Notes under the pieces: generated by a model
What the model was told of the DNA's origin: nothing
Database searches by the model: none
Seen by the model: the letters and a program-made list of their open reading frames with translations, nothing else
In this document: in pieces, positions 21,561 to 32,198 of the stretch
Numbering within the stretch: the stretch's first letter is position 1
Layout: the number at the start of each line of letters is the position of its first letter
Made by a program: the position numbers and the translations under genes
Sequence record: KU686213.1
Strand: one strand, 5' to 3'
DNA length: 64,000 bases

Positions 21561-24500
21561 TTGCCACTTAATAAGTTAGAAAATTTCATTAAGAACGTTG
21601 ACGGTCGCACTCTGTATGTGAATCCAGCGGATTTGAATGCGACCGACAGTATTACAAACGAAGGCACTTCTCTCACAGAGCCCTTCCGTACTCTTCAAAG
21701 GGCACTCATAGAGTCAGCTCGTTTTTCCTATGTTCAGGGAGATAATAACGATTTAATCGAAAAAACTACGATTATCTTATATCCAGGTGAGCACACTATT
21801 GATAATAGACCTGGCTATGGTATTAAGGTTGATGGTAGTGGTGATGCTATTGCGGTAGCTCCTAATGGTCAGCAAGTTACACCAGCACCAGTATTCAACC
21901 TAGCTTCTGATACAAACTTTGATATTGAGTCCCCAAACAATATTTTATGGCACTTCAACTCCATTTATGGTGGTGTTGTAATTCCTCGTGGTACTTCTAT
22001 CGTAGGTATGGATCTACGTAAGACAAAGATCCGCCCCAAGTATGTACCAAACCCAACAGACCCATCAGTACCATCCTCTGCAATTTTCCGTGTTACTGGT
22101 ACCTGTTACTTCTGGCAGTTCACAATTTTTGATGGTGCTGAAAATGGTCTAGTATTCACTGACCCACAAGATTTCTCTGAAAACAATCAGTGTCGCCCAA
22201 CATTCTCACATAATAAGCTAACCGCATTTGAGTATGCTGATGGTGTAAATCCTGCTATTGCTAATGGATTTGAGCTAACTGACTTGCAGATGTATTATAG
22301 TAAGCTATCAAATGCTTATAATGAAGCATCTGGTCGTCAAATCAAACAGAAGTTCCCTGCACAACCAGAGGGATTTGCTCCAATGCTCCCCGAGTTTGAG
22401 ATTGTGGGTGCATTTGCAACAGATCCTATTCGCATTGCTTCTCTAATTTCTGGTGATGGATTTACCCCAGACGCTGTTATTACAGTAGACACTGTTGTCC
22501 CCAATGATTTAGCCGTTGGAACTCCCATTAAGATCCGTGGAGTAGCTGTATCCGATTATAATATTTCTGCGAAAGTTGCGACAGTCATTAGCCCAACACG
22601 TTTTACATACTTAATCCCATTCGTAAGACCTGAACTTCCAGCACGTCCATCTGTATCCTCTGCAACTGTAACCGTTGAGACTGATACTGTTACTGGTGCA
22701 TCTCCGTACATTTTTAACGTATCGATGCGATCCGTCTGGGGTATCAATGGTATGCATGCTGACGGCAGTAAGGCAACTGGATTCCGTAGCATGGTCGTTG
22801 CACAGTTCACCGCGATCAGCCTTCAAAAAGATGACCGTTCATTCGTTAAGTATAACGAACAGGCACGTAGATATGATGGTATTGATGTTAGTACCACAGT
22901 ACGTGGTGCTGAACTAGCAGCAGGCTCATCCTCCACAAATAGTGCTCGTGTTTATCATCTAGACCCACGAGCAATTTATCGTCCAGGTTGGGATACTACT
23001 CACATTAAGATGAGTAATGATGCTGTTATTCAGATCGTTTCAGTCTTTGCTATTGGATTCAACCAGCACTTCGCAGCACTATCTGGAGCTGACGCATCTG
23101 TCACCAACTCAAACTCAAACTTCGGTCAATTTGCCCTATTATCAGGTGGATTTAAGAATGATGCATTTGAGAAAGACGACCGAGGATTTGTAACACAAAT
23201 TGTTACACCAAATACTGCATACAATCCATCAGAAGATGCTATCTCCAATATTGGTTGGGTTAATATTGACTTTTCGTTGACTAACAGCCAATCATTACCT
23301 GGTCAGTTATATCTACTTGGTTATTCTAATAAAGAGGATATACCACCATACATCAATCAGGGCTTCCGTATTGGTGGAAACTATAATGAGACTTTATATC
23401 AACCACTTAGTGATGAATCACTGGAAAGTGCTTCAATTTGTATGGTTGATAACCTTATTGATGGCAATTCCAATGTTGCTACTGGTACTGATATTGCTCG
23501 CAAAACATATCCAGTAATTGCTGGTCCTGGTCAAGGTCCAACATCAGGCTCCACTCTAACTCTTCCATTCCACGGTCTATTAAATGGAGAAACTATTCGT
23601 ATCTTCTCTGGGACGGGTGATCTACCAGAAAATATCGATGCAGCTACATTATATTACGCAAACGTTGTTGATGCAGAGAACATTCGCATTTCAACCTCCC
23701 AGTCTAATGCTCTAAATGACCTATTTTTGGATATTTACGGCGGCACTGATCTGCGCATTGAATCTCGTGTAAATGATAAGACACCTGGTGATGCGGGTCA
23801 TCCAATCCAGTATGATGATACTATAGGTAATTGGTTTGTTCATACTAATGTAAATAGTGATATCTATCAGTATGTTAAATCAAATCCCACATCTACTGAA
23901 GGTCTTGACTCTGTTACTTTCTACCAGAGAGAGGGTGATAATAGAAGCCTTGACGATAAAATCTATAGACTAAGATATGTTATCCCCAAAGAAACTGTAA
24001 ATGCTAAGCCACCAACCCCAGGATATGTTATTCAGGAGTCTTCTTCTACTGGTGCTAGGGATAATGATGATTTCATCCTCAATGATTTAACATTCACTGA
24101 TTATGAATATGATAGAAACCCAAGATATATTGTTAGCTGTAACTTCATCTCTATCTCATCAGAGGTAGAGGTTCGCAGTGAAATCCCTCACCAATTATTT
24201 GTTGGTGATAAGATCAACATCATTAATGTTACTTCAACAAATAATCCTGACGCAGTAAATGGTAGAGGATATAATGGTGAGTTCTTAGTAACACGTATTA
24301 TAGATGCTAGAACTTTCTATTATAGTTCTACTGATGTTAATGGATTTACTAGAAACTTAATTGGTGAATTGTTTACCAATGATACAAACGATAGAAACAT
24401 CCTACTACCACGTTTTCAGCGTAAGGATAATCAAACCAATACTTTCGTCTATCGTGTAGAGGAAATTTCTCCATTCAGTGAGACGATTAGAGATGGTATC

Positions 24501-27437
24501 TATCATTTGTTCTGTGTTAATGGTTCAAATCAAGTAACCGAGACCTTTACCAATAGATTCTACAATCAGCCCATTGAAGATCTTTATCCTCAATTAGATA
24601 CTGATAATACTAATAACAATGTTGAGTCATCAACAACTTTCGCCAATAGTTCACCACTAGGTAAAGTCGTTATTGATAGCCTACAGTCCTCTATCACTAG
24701 AGAGACTATTGATAAGCTATCAAAGAGTTCAAGTACAAATATAATCAAAACAGTTACTATTGGTGCTTCAGAAACTACATTAGAATTTGAGCGTGAGCAC
24801 AACTTCAGTGGAGTATATGGTTACACTACATTAGCCGGTGGTAGTGGTTATGTTGATGGTACTTACTATAATGTAAGGTTGCTATCTGGTGCTGCCTGGA
24901 AAGGTGCATCTGCCGAGGTTGTTGTTATCTCAGGTCAAGTTAATTCACTAACCATTATGGACCCAGGTTCTGGGTATAGTGGTGGAGAAACATTGAATAT
25001 TGATCCATCTGGCTTGGGTGGTGGCGTAGGCGCAAGTATTACTATCACTTCAGATGATATTGAAAGTTCTGCTGGATTCGTATTACAACTCACTGGTGGT
25101 GGTCTAACAACACCTGACTCATACGCACCTATTGTAACAGTAGATAGCACAACATCAGTATCAATTGCTAATTCTTCTATTGTTTCTGGTATCTCAACTA
25201 CCGGAATGTATGCTCTACCTACTGATAGTGGAACATCTATCGCAGCATATAGTTTTGATAGTACTACTGGAGTATCAACATTCACTGCAGACCCAACAAC
25301 TGGCTTTGGTATGCAGAGAGGTAATAGCTTCGTAGCATTTGACTCTAATGGATATCCATTAGGTAAGTATTACGTGTCTTCTGTTCCATCTCCAAACATT
25401 ATTGAAACTAAAACTAATTCAAATCTAGTAGATGTAGCATTGATTGGTAAGTGTGGTTATGAAGATAACGATGCTAATACTGGTTCTAGTGGAGAAAATA
25501 TTGGTATCCGTGGTACCGCAGCATTTGATTTAGGTGTATTCTACTTAGAAACCAATTCAGGCACTGAAAATGTATTGACTCTATCAGCCAGAGATGGCGG
25601 CGTAACTGGTAAAGTCGCACAGAAACTACCTCTTGGAAGATACCTACAGATTGGCTCTGAAATTATTCGTGTTGCTAGTACTACATTTGGTGGACTAAAC
25701 CTCAATGAAGTAACTGTTATCCGTGGTGCTCTTGGTACTAATATCATCAACCACCCACAGTTCTCTAAACTCAGGGCTATCAATCCTCTAGCGATTGAGC
25801 TACGCAGACCTTCTATTCTCCGTGCATCTGGTCACACTTTTGAGTACCTAGGCTATGGTCCTGGTAACTACTCAACAGCACTACCACAGCTACAAGTAGA
25901 ACAGCTCCCTGATGAAGAAGTATTCTTGGTACAGGCACAGGAACTATCTTGTGGTCAGGTTGTATACACTGGTATGTCCGATAATGGAGACTTCTACATC
26001 GGCAACACCAAGTATTCTGCTACTTCAGGCACACAAACTACATTTGATGTACCCATTCCAACAGTAGCAGGTCAAAATGCTTCCAGTAATAACGTAGTAT
26101 TTGATGAAGTTATAGTCAATCAGAGATTATTCGTTGCTGGCGGTGAGACAAATCAAGTTCTATCACAGTTTGATGGACCTGTTAAGTTTACTCAATCAGT
26201 TAACATAGAAAATACTTTAGGTGTAACTGGTAATAGTTCATTCAATACTGTAGATATTCTCTCACAGGAGAATGCTATTTCTCTAACTGATGGTGGAGCA
26301 CTTACTATTCGTGGTGGGGCATCCGTTGGTAAGGATTTGTATATTGGAGGCACACTATACTCAACTGGTGATTTCTCTACTAATATTGTTTTAGCAGCTG
26401 AGCCAGATTCTCCTATTAGCCTATTTGAGAATCAGAATAATGGTTTGCTTGGTATTGGTAGTCAACCAGGTAAAGTTGTTTTCAACACAACAGTACCTGC
26501 TACTGGTGATGGTGGAGATGACATTGCTGATGCTGATGCTGGTGTTGTTGTTGAGGGTGGTTTAGTTGTAAGGGGCACTCTACTAGCAGGTGAAGTTAAG
26601 GCTAATGGTCTTGGTAAGCCTGGTACCGTTATTATGTGGGGTGGTACTGTTGATAATGTCCCTGAGGGATACTTATTGTGTAATGGTGCAGCATATGATA
26701 GAACCACATACGATAAGTTATTCGCTTCCATTGGGTATGTTCATGGTGGTTCTGGTAATAACTTCAATGTTCCTGACCTAAGAGACAAGTTCATTACTGG
26801 TGCTGGTTCTCAATATAATACTTCTGATGAAGGTGGAAGCAATACTGTTGTTTTAACTGAAGCGGAACTTCCCACGCATACTCACATCATAGACAATACG
26901 GATATATCCCATACACACGCTCTTGATGCGGGGGCAACTGCAAGTGTTGTAAATGATAATACTCCATTATCTGTTAGTGGTTCTACTGATGATGATACAG
27001 GAAAGCATATACACTCTTCTGGTGCTACCAGTGATCCTGGAAATCATACCCATTCTATTACTGATGTACAACATGCACATAGTATGGCAGGCTTTAATCA
27101 AGAGGACAGTGCAGAAAGAAGTGCTGGACTCATTGTCGATGATGATCGAAGACCTAATGAGAATACTGGGTGGGCTACAAGGGGAGCATTCACTGGAATT
27201 ACTGGCACGAATGGAGGTGGGAGTCATACCCATACTATTTCTGTAACTAATCTCAACTCCGAGCATAATCATACATTGACTGCTAGTGGTAATGCTAACC
27301 ATAACCATGATCTTGAGGGAAATACTGCAAGTTCTCTTGGTGATCATGATCATACTGCACAAACCACTGGTGCTGATGTTGCTCACGAGAACCGTCCTCC
27401 ATATTACGCTCTGGTCTATTTGATCCAGTACAAGTGA
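21561..27437 (+). CDS. Large virion structural/tail fibre protein with tail-collar domain
   Basis: C-terminal PGTVIMWGG..VPEGYLLCNG...FNVPDLRDKF collar, nine HxH motifs, AHENRPPYY; TTG start. Confidence 0.85.
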   Translation: MPLNKLENFIKNVDGRTLYVNPADLNATDSITNEGTSLTEPFRTLQRALIESARFSYVQGDNNDLIEKTTIILYPGEHTIDNRPGYGIKVDGSGDAIAVAPNGQQVTPAPVFNLASDTNFDIESPNNILWHFNSIYGGVVIPRGTSIVGMDLRKTKIRPKYVPNPTDPSVPSSAIFRVTGTCYFWQFTIFDGAENGLVFTDPQDFSENNQCRPTFSHNKLTAFEYADGVNPAIANGFELTDLQMYYSKLSNAYNEASGRQIKQKFPAQPEGFAPMLPEFEIVGAFATDPIRIASLISGDGFTPDAVITVDTVVPNDLAVGTPIKIRGVAVSDYNISAKVATVISPTRFTYLIPFVRPELPARPSVSSATVTVETDTVTGASPYIFNVSMRSVWGINGMHADGSKATGFRSMVVAQFTAISLQKDDRSFVKYNEQARRYDGIDVSTTVRGAELAAGSSSTNSARVYHLDPRAIYRPGWDTTHIKMSNDAVIQIVSVFAIGFNQHFAALSGADASVTNSNSNFGQFALLSGGFKNDAFEKDDRGFVTQIVTPNTAYNPSEDAISNIGWVNIDFSLTNSQSLPGQLYLLGYSNKEDIPPYINQGFRIGGNYNETLYQPLSDESLESASICMVDNLIDGNSNVATGTDIARKTYPVIAGPGQGPTSGSTLTLPFHGLLNGETIRIFSGTGDLPENIDAATLYYANVVDAENIRISTSQSNALNDLFLDIYGGTDLRIESRVNDKTPGDAGHPIQYDDTIGNWFVHTNVNSDIYQYVKSNPTSTEGLDSVTFYQREGDNRSLDDKIYRLRYVIPKETVNAKPPTPGYVIQESSSTGARDNDDFILNDLTFTDYEYDRNPRYIVSCNFISISSEVEVRSEIPHQLFVGDKINIINVTSTNNPDAVNGRGYNGEFLVTRIIDARTFYYSSTDVNGFTRNLIGELFTNDTNDRNILLPRFQRKDNQTNTFVYRVEEISPFSETIRDGIYHLFCVNGSNQVTETFTNRFYNQPIEDLYPQLDTDNTNNNVESSTTFANSSPLGKVVIDSLQSSITRETIDKLSKSSSTNIIKTVTIGASETTLEFEREHNFSGVYGYTTLAGGSGYVDGTYYNVRLLSGAAWKGASAEVVVISGQVNSLTIMDPGSGYSGGETLNIDPSGLGGGVGASITITSDDIESSAGFVLQLTGGGLTTPDSYAPIVTVDSTTSVSIANSSIVSGISTTGMYALPTDSGTSIAAYSFDSTTGVSTFTADPTTGFGMQRGNSFVAFDSNGYPLGKYYVSSVPSPNIIETKTNSNLVDVALIGKCGYEDNDANTGSSGENIGIRGTAAFDLGVFYLETNSGTENVLTLSARDGGVTGKVAQKLPLGRYLQIGSEIIRVASTTFGGLNLNEVTVIRGALGTNIINHPQFSKLRAINPLAIELRRPSILRASGHTFEYLGYGPGNYSTALPQLQVEQLPDEEVFLVQAQELSCGQVVYTGMSDNGDFYIGNTKYSATSGTQTTFDVPIPTVAGQNASSNNVVFDEVIVNQRLFVAGGETNQVLSQFDGPVKFTQSVNIENTLGVTGNSSFNTVDILSQENAISLTDGGALTIRGGASVGKDLYIGGTLYSTGDFSTNIVLAAEPDSPISLFENQNNGLLGIGSQPGKVVFNTTVPATGDGGDDIADADAGVVVEGGLVVRGTLLAGEVKANGLGKPGTVIMWGGTVDNVPEGYLLCNGAAYDRTTYDKLFASIGYVHGGSGNNFNVPDLRDKFITGAGSQYNTSDEGGSNTVVLTEAELPTHTHIIDNTDISHTHALDAGATASVVNDNTPLSVSGSTDDDTGKHIHSSGATSDPGNHTHSITDVQHAHSMAGFNQEDSAERSAGLIVDDDRRPNENTGWATRGAFTGITGTNGGGSHTHTISVTNLNSEHNHTLTASGNANHNHDLEGNTASSLGDHDHTAQTTGADVAHENRPPYYALVYLIQYK

Positions 27438-27440
27438 TAA

Positions 27441-27448
27441 TATAAATA
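27441..27448 (+). promoter_or_regulatory. Late promoter
   Basis: Perfect T4 consensus TATAAATA. Confidence 0.75.
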
Positions 27449-27478
27449 GCTAAAAGCACTTACCAGCATTAACTAATA

Positions 27479-29533
27479 ATGGCTAATTTTAATAAGTCCT
27501 TCAATTTTAGAGGTGGATTCCAGGTCGATGAAACAACTTTCATCGTCCGTGGAGAGAAGGTGGGCATTGGTTCCAGTGTCCCCGATACTCTCCTAGATGT
27601 AAATGGAACCATCACAGCTAAAGGACTGGCTATTGATTCTAGTGCTGATGTTATTATAGAGAGTGCGAATGTAGGCTTCTTAAGTGCTACAACTATTCAC
27701 GTTGGTGTTGCTTCTATTAGTGCTGGTATTATTACATCAGCAACTCCAACTGGAATCGTCACATACTATGGCGATGCAAGATTTTTACAAGGACTACCAA
27801 CTTCGCAGTGGATTGATACTGATGTTGGGTTAGGCTACACAAGTATCTACGCAGCTGGTAATGTTGGTGTAGATACAACAGATCCCCGTTATGCCTTCCA
27901 GGTTGGTGGTGTTCCTTTCCCCACCATAGATGGACCACCACTACCCGCACAGGATGGCGTAGGTATTGAGAATGGTAATGTATATGCTTCTGGTATTGTA
28001 TCTACCCGTGGTGAGTTTATTGGTTTAGGTAGTAATATCACTGCTATTGATGGTAGTAATATTACTGTTGGTGCTATTGGTTCTATGGCTTATGGTCCTC
28101 TAATTGTAACAGAGGAAGTCATTGCTGATAGGTTCACTGGTATTGCTTCTACAGCTATTAGTGTAACTCCTGATGCTACACTAGAGTTTGATACTGCAAC
28201 AGCTAATGAGTTTAACGCAGTAAATAGATTCGTATCTACCACAGGTAAGCTACAGATAGGTGATGACTCAACATCTTCCGCTGTAGGTGATATTGATGTA
28301 TTTAAGACTGGTTCTAATTCATCAGTATATTCACTATCAAATCAAGTATCCAAGCTATTTGTAGGGGCACAAAGACAATCTGGTCAGGCTAGGCAGTTCG
28401 GTGGACTACGACACGGATTAGTTGGTAGCGACCCACTCACTCAAATTAATGACCTTGACCTAGTAAACTATGATATTGGTAATCTAAACTTTTATCTACA
28501 CTCTGGTAGTGGTGGTCCAGGTATTACTACTGGTGCTTTCCGCTGGATATATGGTCAGACTGGCTTCTCTCTAGCAGAACTATCCAAAGAAGGTGTATTT
28601 TCACTGAAAGGTAATGGTGTTTCTGGTTCTATTGTATTGGAAGTTGCTGGTATCTCTAGTTTTTCTGACGCAGTATATATTAACGGAGACTTAAACGTTC
28701 CCGCAGGGAATAATGTTGATATTGGTGCTGATATAACTGTTAGTGGTAATTTTGACTTTAGTGGTAGTACTATAACCTTCCCAGATCAAGTTACAATGGA
28801 AGAATTGATAATAAGTGATACTCTCACAGTTGGTAATCCATTATCAGATTTTGTAACTATTACATCAACGCAAATATCTAATGGAAATAGTATTATTGGT
28901 AATGGCACTATCAACTCTACTTCAATTCAGGGTGATACAATTAATGGTACATCTGTAAATGCAACAGAATTACAATATACCACATCTTTAGTTGGTCCTC
29001 AATTCTCAATAAATTCTCTGGGTGATCTACAGGCATCTTCAATAACATCTGCATCTGCATCATTATCATCAATTATATCCACAGATATTACTACTGGCAG
29101 TCTTTCTGTTACTAGCTCTTTATCTGCAATTAATGCAAATGTAACTACAATTACTTCGGATACGGTTAATTCCACTAATATTAATGGAACAACATTGGAT
29201 ATTTCGGGAACCAGTACATTAAATGATATATCTTCCAATTCTATAGATACCCCTTTAGCAAATATAACTGCGGTTAATACTAATAGTATTGCTCCACTTA
29301 GTTCATCATCTATCTCTATACCTGGAGATATTGATGGCGCTGGAAATGGAACTATCACAGATTTTAGTGAATTGAATTCTAGTTTAGTTAATTGTACAAC
29401 ACTTAGAGTTGATCAAATTGAGATCGCTCCAGGATTGTTTAGTTCAACTAGCGTTAGATTGACCTTCATTAGTGATTCAGTTCCCGACGGTGCTTATGTT
29501 GATCTTACATTGACCCCACTTCCATCTAACTGA
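27479..29533 (+). CDS. Virion fibre-like structural protein
   Basis: KVGIGSSVP / NVGVDTTDP repeats, Ser/Thr-rich beta C-terminus; under a late promoter. Confidence 0.7.
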   Translation: MANFNKSFNFRGGFQVDETTFIVRGEKVGIGSSVPDTLLDVNGTITAKGLAIDSSADVIIESANVGFLSATTIHVGVASISAGIITSATPTGIVTYYGDARFLQGLPTSQWIDTDVGLGYTSIYAAGNVGVDTTDPRYAFQVGGVPFPTIDGPPLPAQDGVGIENGNVYASGIVSTRGEFIGLGSNITAIDGSNITVGAIGSMAYGPLIVTEEVIADRFTGIASTAISVTPDATLEFDTATANEFNAVNRFVSTTGKLQIGDDSTSSAVGDIDVFKTGSNSSVYSLSNQVSKLFVGAQRQSGQARQFGGLRHGLVGSDPLTQINDLDLVNYDIGNLNFYLHSGSGGPGITTGAFRWIYGQTGFSLAELSKEGVFSLKGNGVSGSIVLEVAGISSFSDAVYINGDLNVPAGNNVDIGADITVSGNFDFSGSTITFPDQVTMEELIISDTLTVGNPLSDFVTITSTQISNGNSIIGNGTINSTSIQGDTINGTSVNATELQYTTSLVGPQFSINSLGDLQASSITSASASLSSIISTDITTGSLSVTSSLSAINANVTTITSDTVNSTNINGTTLDISGTSTLNDISSNSIDTPLANITAVNTNSIAPLSSSSISIPGDIDGAGNGTITDFSELNSSLVNCTTLRVDQIEIAPGLFSSTSVRLTFISDSVPDGAYVDLTLTPLPSN

Positions 29534-29536
29534 TCC

Positions 29537-29565
29537 TTGACAAGCCGTAGCAGCTGTGCTACAAT
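29537..29565 (+). promoter_or_regulatory. Sigma70-type early promoter
   Basis: TTGACA-17 bp-TACAAT at the start of the accessory region. Confidence 0.8.
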
Positions 29566-29587
29566 TCATCCATATAATGCAAGACCA

Positions 29588-29989
29588 ATGCTCAAGCCTC
29601 TTCTCGCAGCAATTATATTCTCTACGATGCCAGTTGCTACACTGGCACAGGAACAGGAACCATATGATTACACTGGTGCTACACTTAGACAGCAGCAGTA
29701 TCAGATCTATGAGCTAAACCGTCGCCTTCAGGTTCAAGGAAACCAGAGGGAGATTCAAATGCTCCAAGATCGTGTAGCGAATGGAGGTCAGCCACCCCAG
29801 CCAACTCAAGTTATAGTTGAGCAAAGAACTAACCCCATAGTACCTATTTTAGGTGCTGCTTTAATTGGTGGTGCTATCATCTACGGTGCTAATCAAAACA
29901 ACCGTAGCTATCACCACCACCACGAATACCACAGAAACGGTAATAGATACCGTATTTGTAGAGATCACAAACGTCGTTACTATTGTTAA
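29588..29989 (+). CDS. Hypothetical exported/membrane protein
   Basis: Signal-like MLKPLLAAIIFS..., later hydrophobic GAALIGG; the track's TTG start lies in the promoter. Confidence 0.65.
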   Translation: MLKPLLAAIIFSTMPVATLAQEQEPYDYTGATLRQQQYQIYELNRRLQVQGNQREIQMLQDRVANGGQPPQPTQVIVEQRTNPIVPILGAALIGGAIIYGANQNNRSYHHHHEYHRNGNRYRICRDHKRRYYC

Positions 29990-29991
29990 TT

Positions 29992-30201
29992 ATGGATTCC
30001 GTAGCACTATTCCTTTCTAGGGACTACACAATGAGTATCATTCAAGCATTACGTGAAGCAAAGGAGAGGTGTGATGGAGATGGGCGTAGGATTATGGCTA
30101 AACAATATGAAGAAGTTGAGACCATTATGCGTGCTCAACACGATATTGCCCAAAGCATTAGGGAAAATATGGATCGGAACGGCGGCGACTACTCAATCTG
30201 A
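29992..30201 (+). CDS. Hypothetical protein
   Basis: ORF in + strand gene run; start uncertain. Confidence 0.5.
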   Translation: MDSVALFLSRDYTMSIIQALREAKERCDGDGRRIMAKQYEEVETIMRAQHDIAQSIRENMDRNGGDYSI

Positions 30202-30283
30202 ACCACTTACCAAAGTGTCCACTAACCCACCCGGTGCTGCCGTGGTGGGTTATACTAGTTGTATCAACAGAGCAGAGAGCTAC

Positions 30284-31537
30284 GTGATCCAACTTCGTCC
30301 CCATCAGCAAGAAGCACTTAACAAGCTGACCGTGGCGAGCCGTGGTCAAGTGATCGTCCCTACTGGCGGCGGTAAGACTCTTATCGGTATTATGGATGCC
30401 TGTAAGCGCTTTGAGAGCGCTTCTGAGCCCATCTCCATCATTGTTGTGGCTCCACGTTTACTTTTAGCTAACCAGCTCTGTGAAGAGTATATGGAGGTCA
30501 TCAAGGATCAAGTTTCTACTCAAGTTGTTCCCGCTCATATTCATTCTGGGGACACCTCACATTTCTCTACCACCAAAGCCTGTGAGATCCGTAACTTCGT
30601 CTCTATGACTCAGGCAGCTGGTCTTCACCGCATTTTCTTTACCACCTATCACAGCCTTCATAGGATCGCTGAGAGTAGTGTTCAAGCGGACACCATCTAC
30701 TTTGACGAGGCACACAACAGTGTCCAAAAGGGCTTCTACCCAGCTGTAAAGTTCTTCTCAGAGACCACGCAACGCGCATTCTTTTTTACCGCTACACCAA
30801 AACATTCGGTGACCCCAAAGAAGCCTGGAATGAACGACAGCAGTGTCTATGGAAACGTCATCGTGAACGTAGAAGCAGGCAAACTTGTCCAAGGGGGCTT
30901 CATTGTTCGCCCACAGGTCGTAGCACGTGAGCTGCGCCTACTCCAAAAGGATGAGCTGACTTCTCACCGTGATTCTGAGCATATTATTCAGAGCATCGAC
31001 GAGAGTCGCGTTAGTAAGGTTCTGGTCTGCGCCAAGAGTGTAAAACAGATTGTTCGTATGGTTGCTGAGTCTTCCTTTGTGAATGACTTGAAGGCACGTG
31101 GCTTCTCCTATATGTACATTGCTGCTTCCACAGGAGCAATCATCAACGGACACAAAGTAACCCGCGAAGAGTTCTTTAAGACTCTCAATGCTTGGGGTGC
31201 CGATAACACGAAGCAGTTCGTTGTTTTACATCACTCTATCCTCTCTGAGGGTATCAATGTGAGTGGCTTGGAAGCTGTTATTATGCTGAGAGCTATGGAT
31301 GCGGTAGGTGTCGCACAAACAATCGGAAGAGTTATTAGGCTTCACAAAGATGATGCCGCTGGTCTGCGTGCGGGAACAATCACACCAGGTAACACTTCTG
31401 AATATACTAAAAGCTTCGGTCTTGTTATTGTTCCCGTATTCAACACTACTCAACAGGGTGTAGCGCGTTCCGTTGATAAGATTGTTGATACCATCTTCAA
31501 CAAAGGTGAGGCAGCTGTATCTGTTATCCGTCGCTAA
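30284..31537 (+). CDS. SF2 DEAH helicase (type III Res/ISP-like), copy 1
   Basis: VPTGGGKT, DEAH, FTATPK, LSEGINV, QTIGRVIR; GTG 30284 follows the promoter cassette. Confidence 0.9.
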   Translation: MIQLRPHQQEALNKLTVASRGQVIVPTGGGKTLIGIMDACKRFESASEPISIIVVAPRLLLANQLCEEYMEVIKDQVSTQVVPAHIHSGDTSHFSTTKACEIRNFVSMTQAAGLHRIFFTTYHSLHRIAESSVQADTIYFDEAHNSVQKGFYPAVKFFSETTQRAFFFTATPKHSVTPKKPGMNDSSVYGNVIVNVEAGKLVQGGFIVRPQVVARELRLLQKDELTSHRDSEHIIQSIDESRVSKVLVCAKSVKQIVRMVAESSFVNDLKARGFSYMYIAASTGAIINGHKVTREEFFKTLNAWGADNTKQFVVLHHSILSEGINVSGLEAVIMLRAMDAVGVAQTIGRVIRLHKDDAAGLRAGTITPGNTSEYTKSFGLVIVPVFNTTQQGVARSVDKIVDTIFNKGEAAVSVIRR

Positions 31538-31540
31538 ATA
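31534..31540 (+). promoter_or_regulatory. Late promoter
   Basis: CTAAATA overlapping the helicase stop. Confidence 0.5.
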
Positions 31541-31560
31541 CTAGAAAGAATGGCTATACC

Positions 31561-31713
31561 ATGGAACCAATCACACTAACAATACTAGTTGGCTTGATGC
31601 AAGTATCACCAACTCACTGTCAATTTGAATTGCTACATCCAAATGGAGTTATTGACACTCACGTTGTTAAGTGTGAGTATATCATCAATGGTGATATACT
31701 ACCAATCACATAA
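31561..31713 (+). CDS. Small hypothetical protein (50 aa)
   Basis: MEPITLTILVGLMQVSPTHC...; lies between late promoter and terminator. Confidence 0.55.
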   Translation: MEPITLTILVGLMQVSPTHCQFELLHPNGVIDTHVVKCEYIINGDILPIT

Positions 31714-31741
31714 ATATCATTACATTACCTTTAACCACAAT

Positions 31742-31764
31742 ACCTCCCGCAAGGGGGGTTTTTT
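31742..31764 (+). terminator. Intrinsic terminator
   Basis: ACCTCCC-GCAA-GGGGGGT + T run. Confidence 0.7.
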
Positions 31765-31829
31765 AATGGAATCTTCACAATTCAGCTGATCTGTGTTAGA
31801 ATACATATATTGTTACGATACTCTACACA

Positions 31830-32135
31830 ATGAAAGCATTTTTCTTAATCCTTGCTAGTGCAGTTCTAGCATCCCCCGTAGCTGCCGCTGAGGTAGGTGT
31901 GCGCCATACTCACGGTCATACCACTAGCAACACATACAACGGTCGCTCAGTCACCCGTAGCCACTCACAGGGCAGCTTTGCAGAGGTCTCTGGTGGTGGT
32001 TCCGCTGGTCATAATGGTGGTTCTGGCTATCGCCGCGTAGAGGCAGGCAGCTATGGTAGCCGCACCCGTGAAAGTTTTGATTTTAACAGCAGAACTACAT
32101 CAACATTCACTGAAAGTAGCACTTTTAGTCGGTGA
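31830..32135 (+). CDS. Hypothetical exported Ser/Gly/Thr-rich protein
   Basis: Signal peptide MKAFFLILASAVLASPVAAA. Confidence 0.65.
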   Translation: MKAFFLILASAVLASPVAAAEVGVRHTHGHTTSNTYNGRSVTRSHSQGSFAEVSGGGSAGHNGGSGYRRVEAGSYGSRTRESFDFNSRTTSTFTESSTFSR

Positions 32136-32198
32136 TCAGACCAATTCTTAGCGAGAAAGAAGAGATAAGCCCCAAAATGTCCTATTTTACCTACAACA

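Noticed and set aside
21561-27437. Intein or intron within the 1958-aa gene
   Set aside because: Continuous ORF with no LAGLIDADG or intein splice motifs seen; the size is normal for cyanophage structural proteins.
30215-30223. GTGTCCACT as a DnaA box
   Set aside because: Several mismatches to TTWTNCACA, and always at a fixed distance upstream of a -10 box, which fits a promoter element.
30053-30283. N-terminal extensions of track ORFs (30053, 41709, 43627, 57239, 57750, 57958, 60668, 62364)
   Set aside because: They run through promoter cassettes or upstream genes; downstream ATG/GTG starts fit the -10 and ribosome-site spacing.
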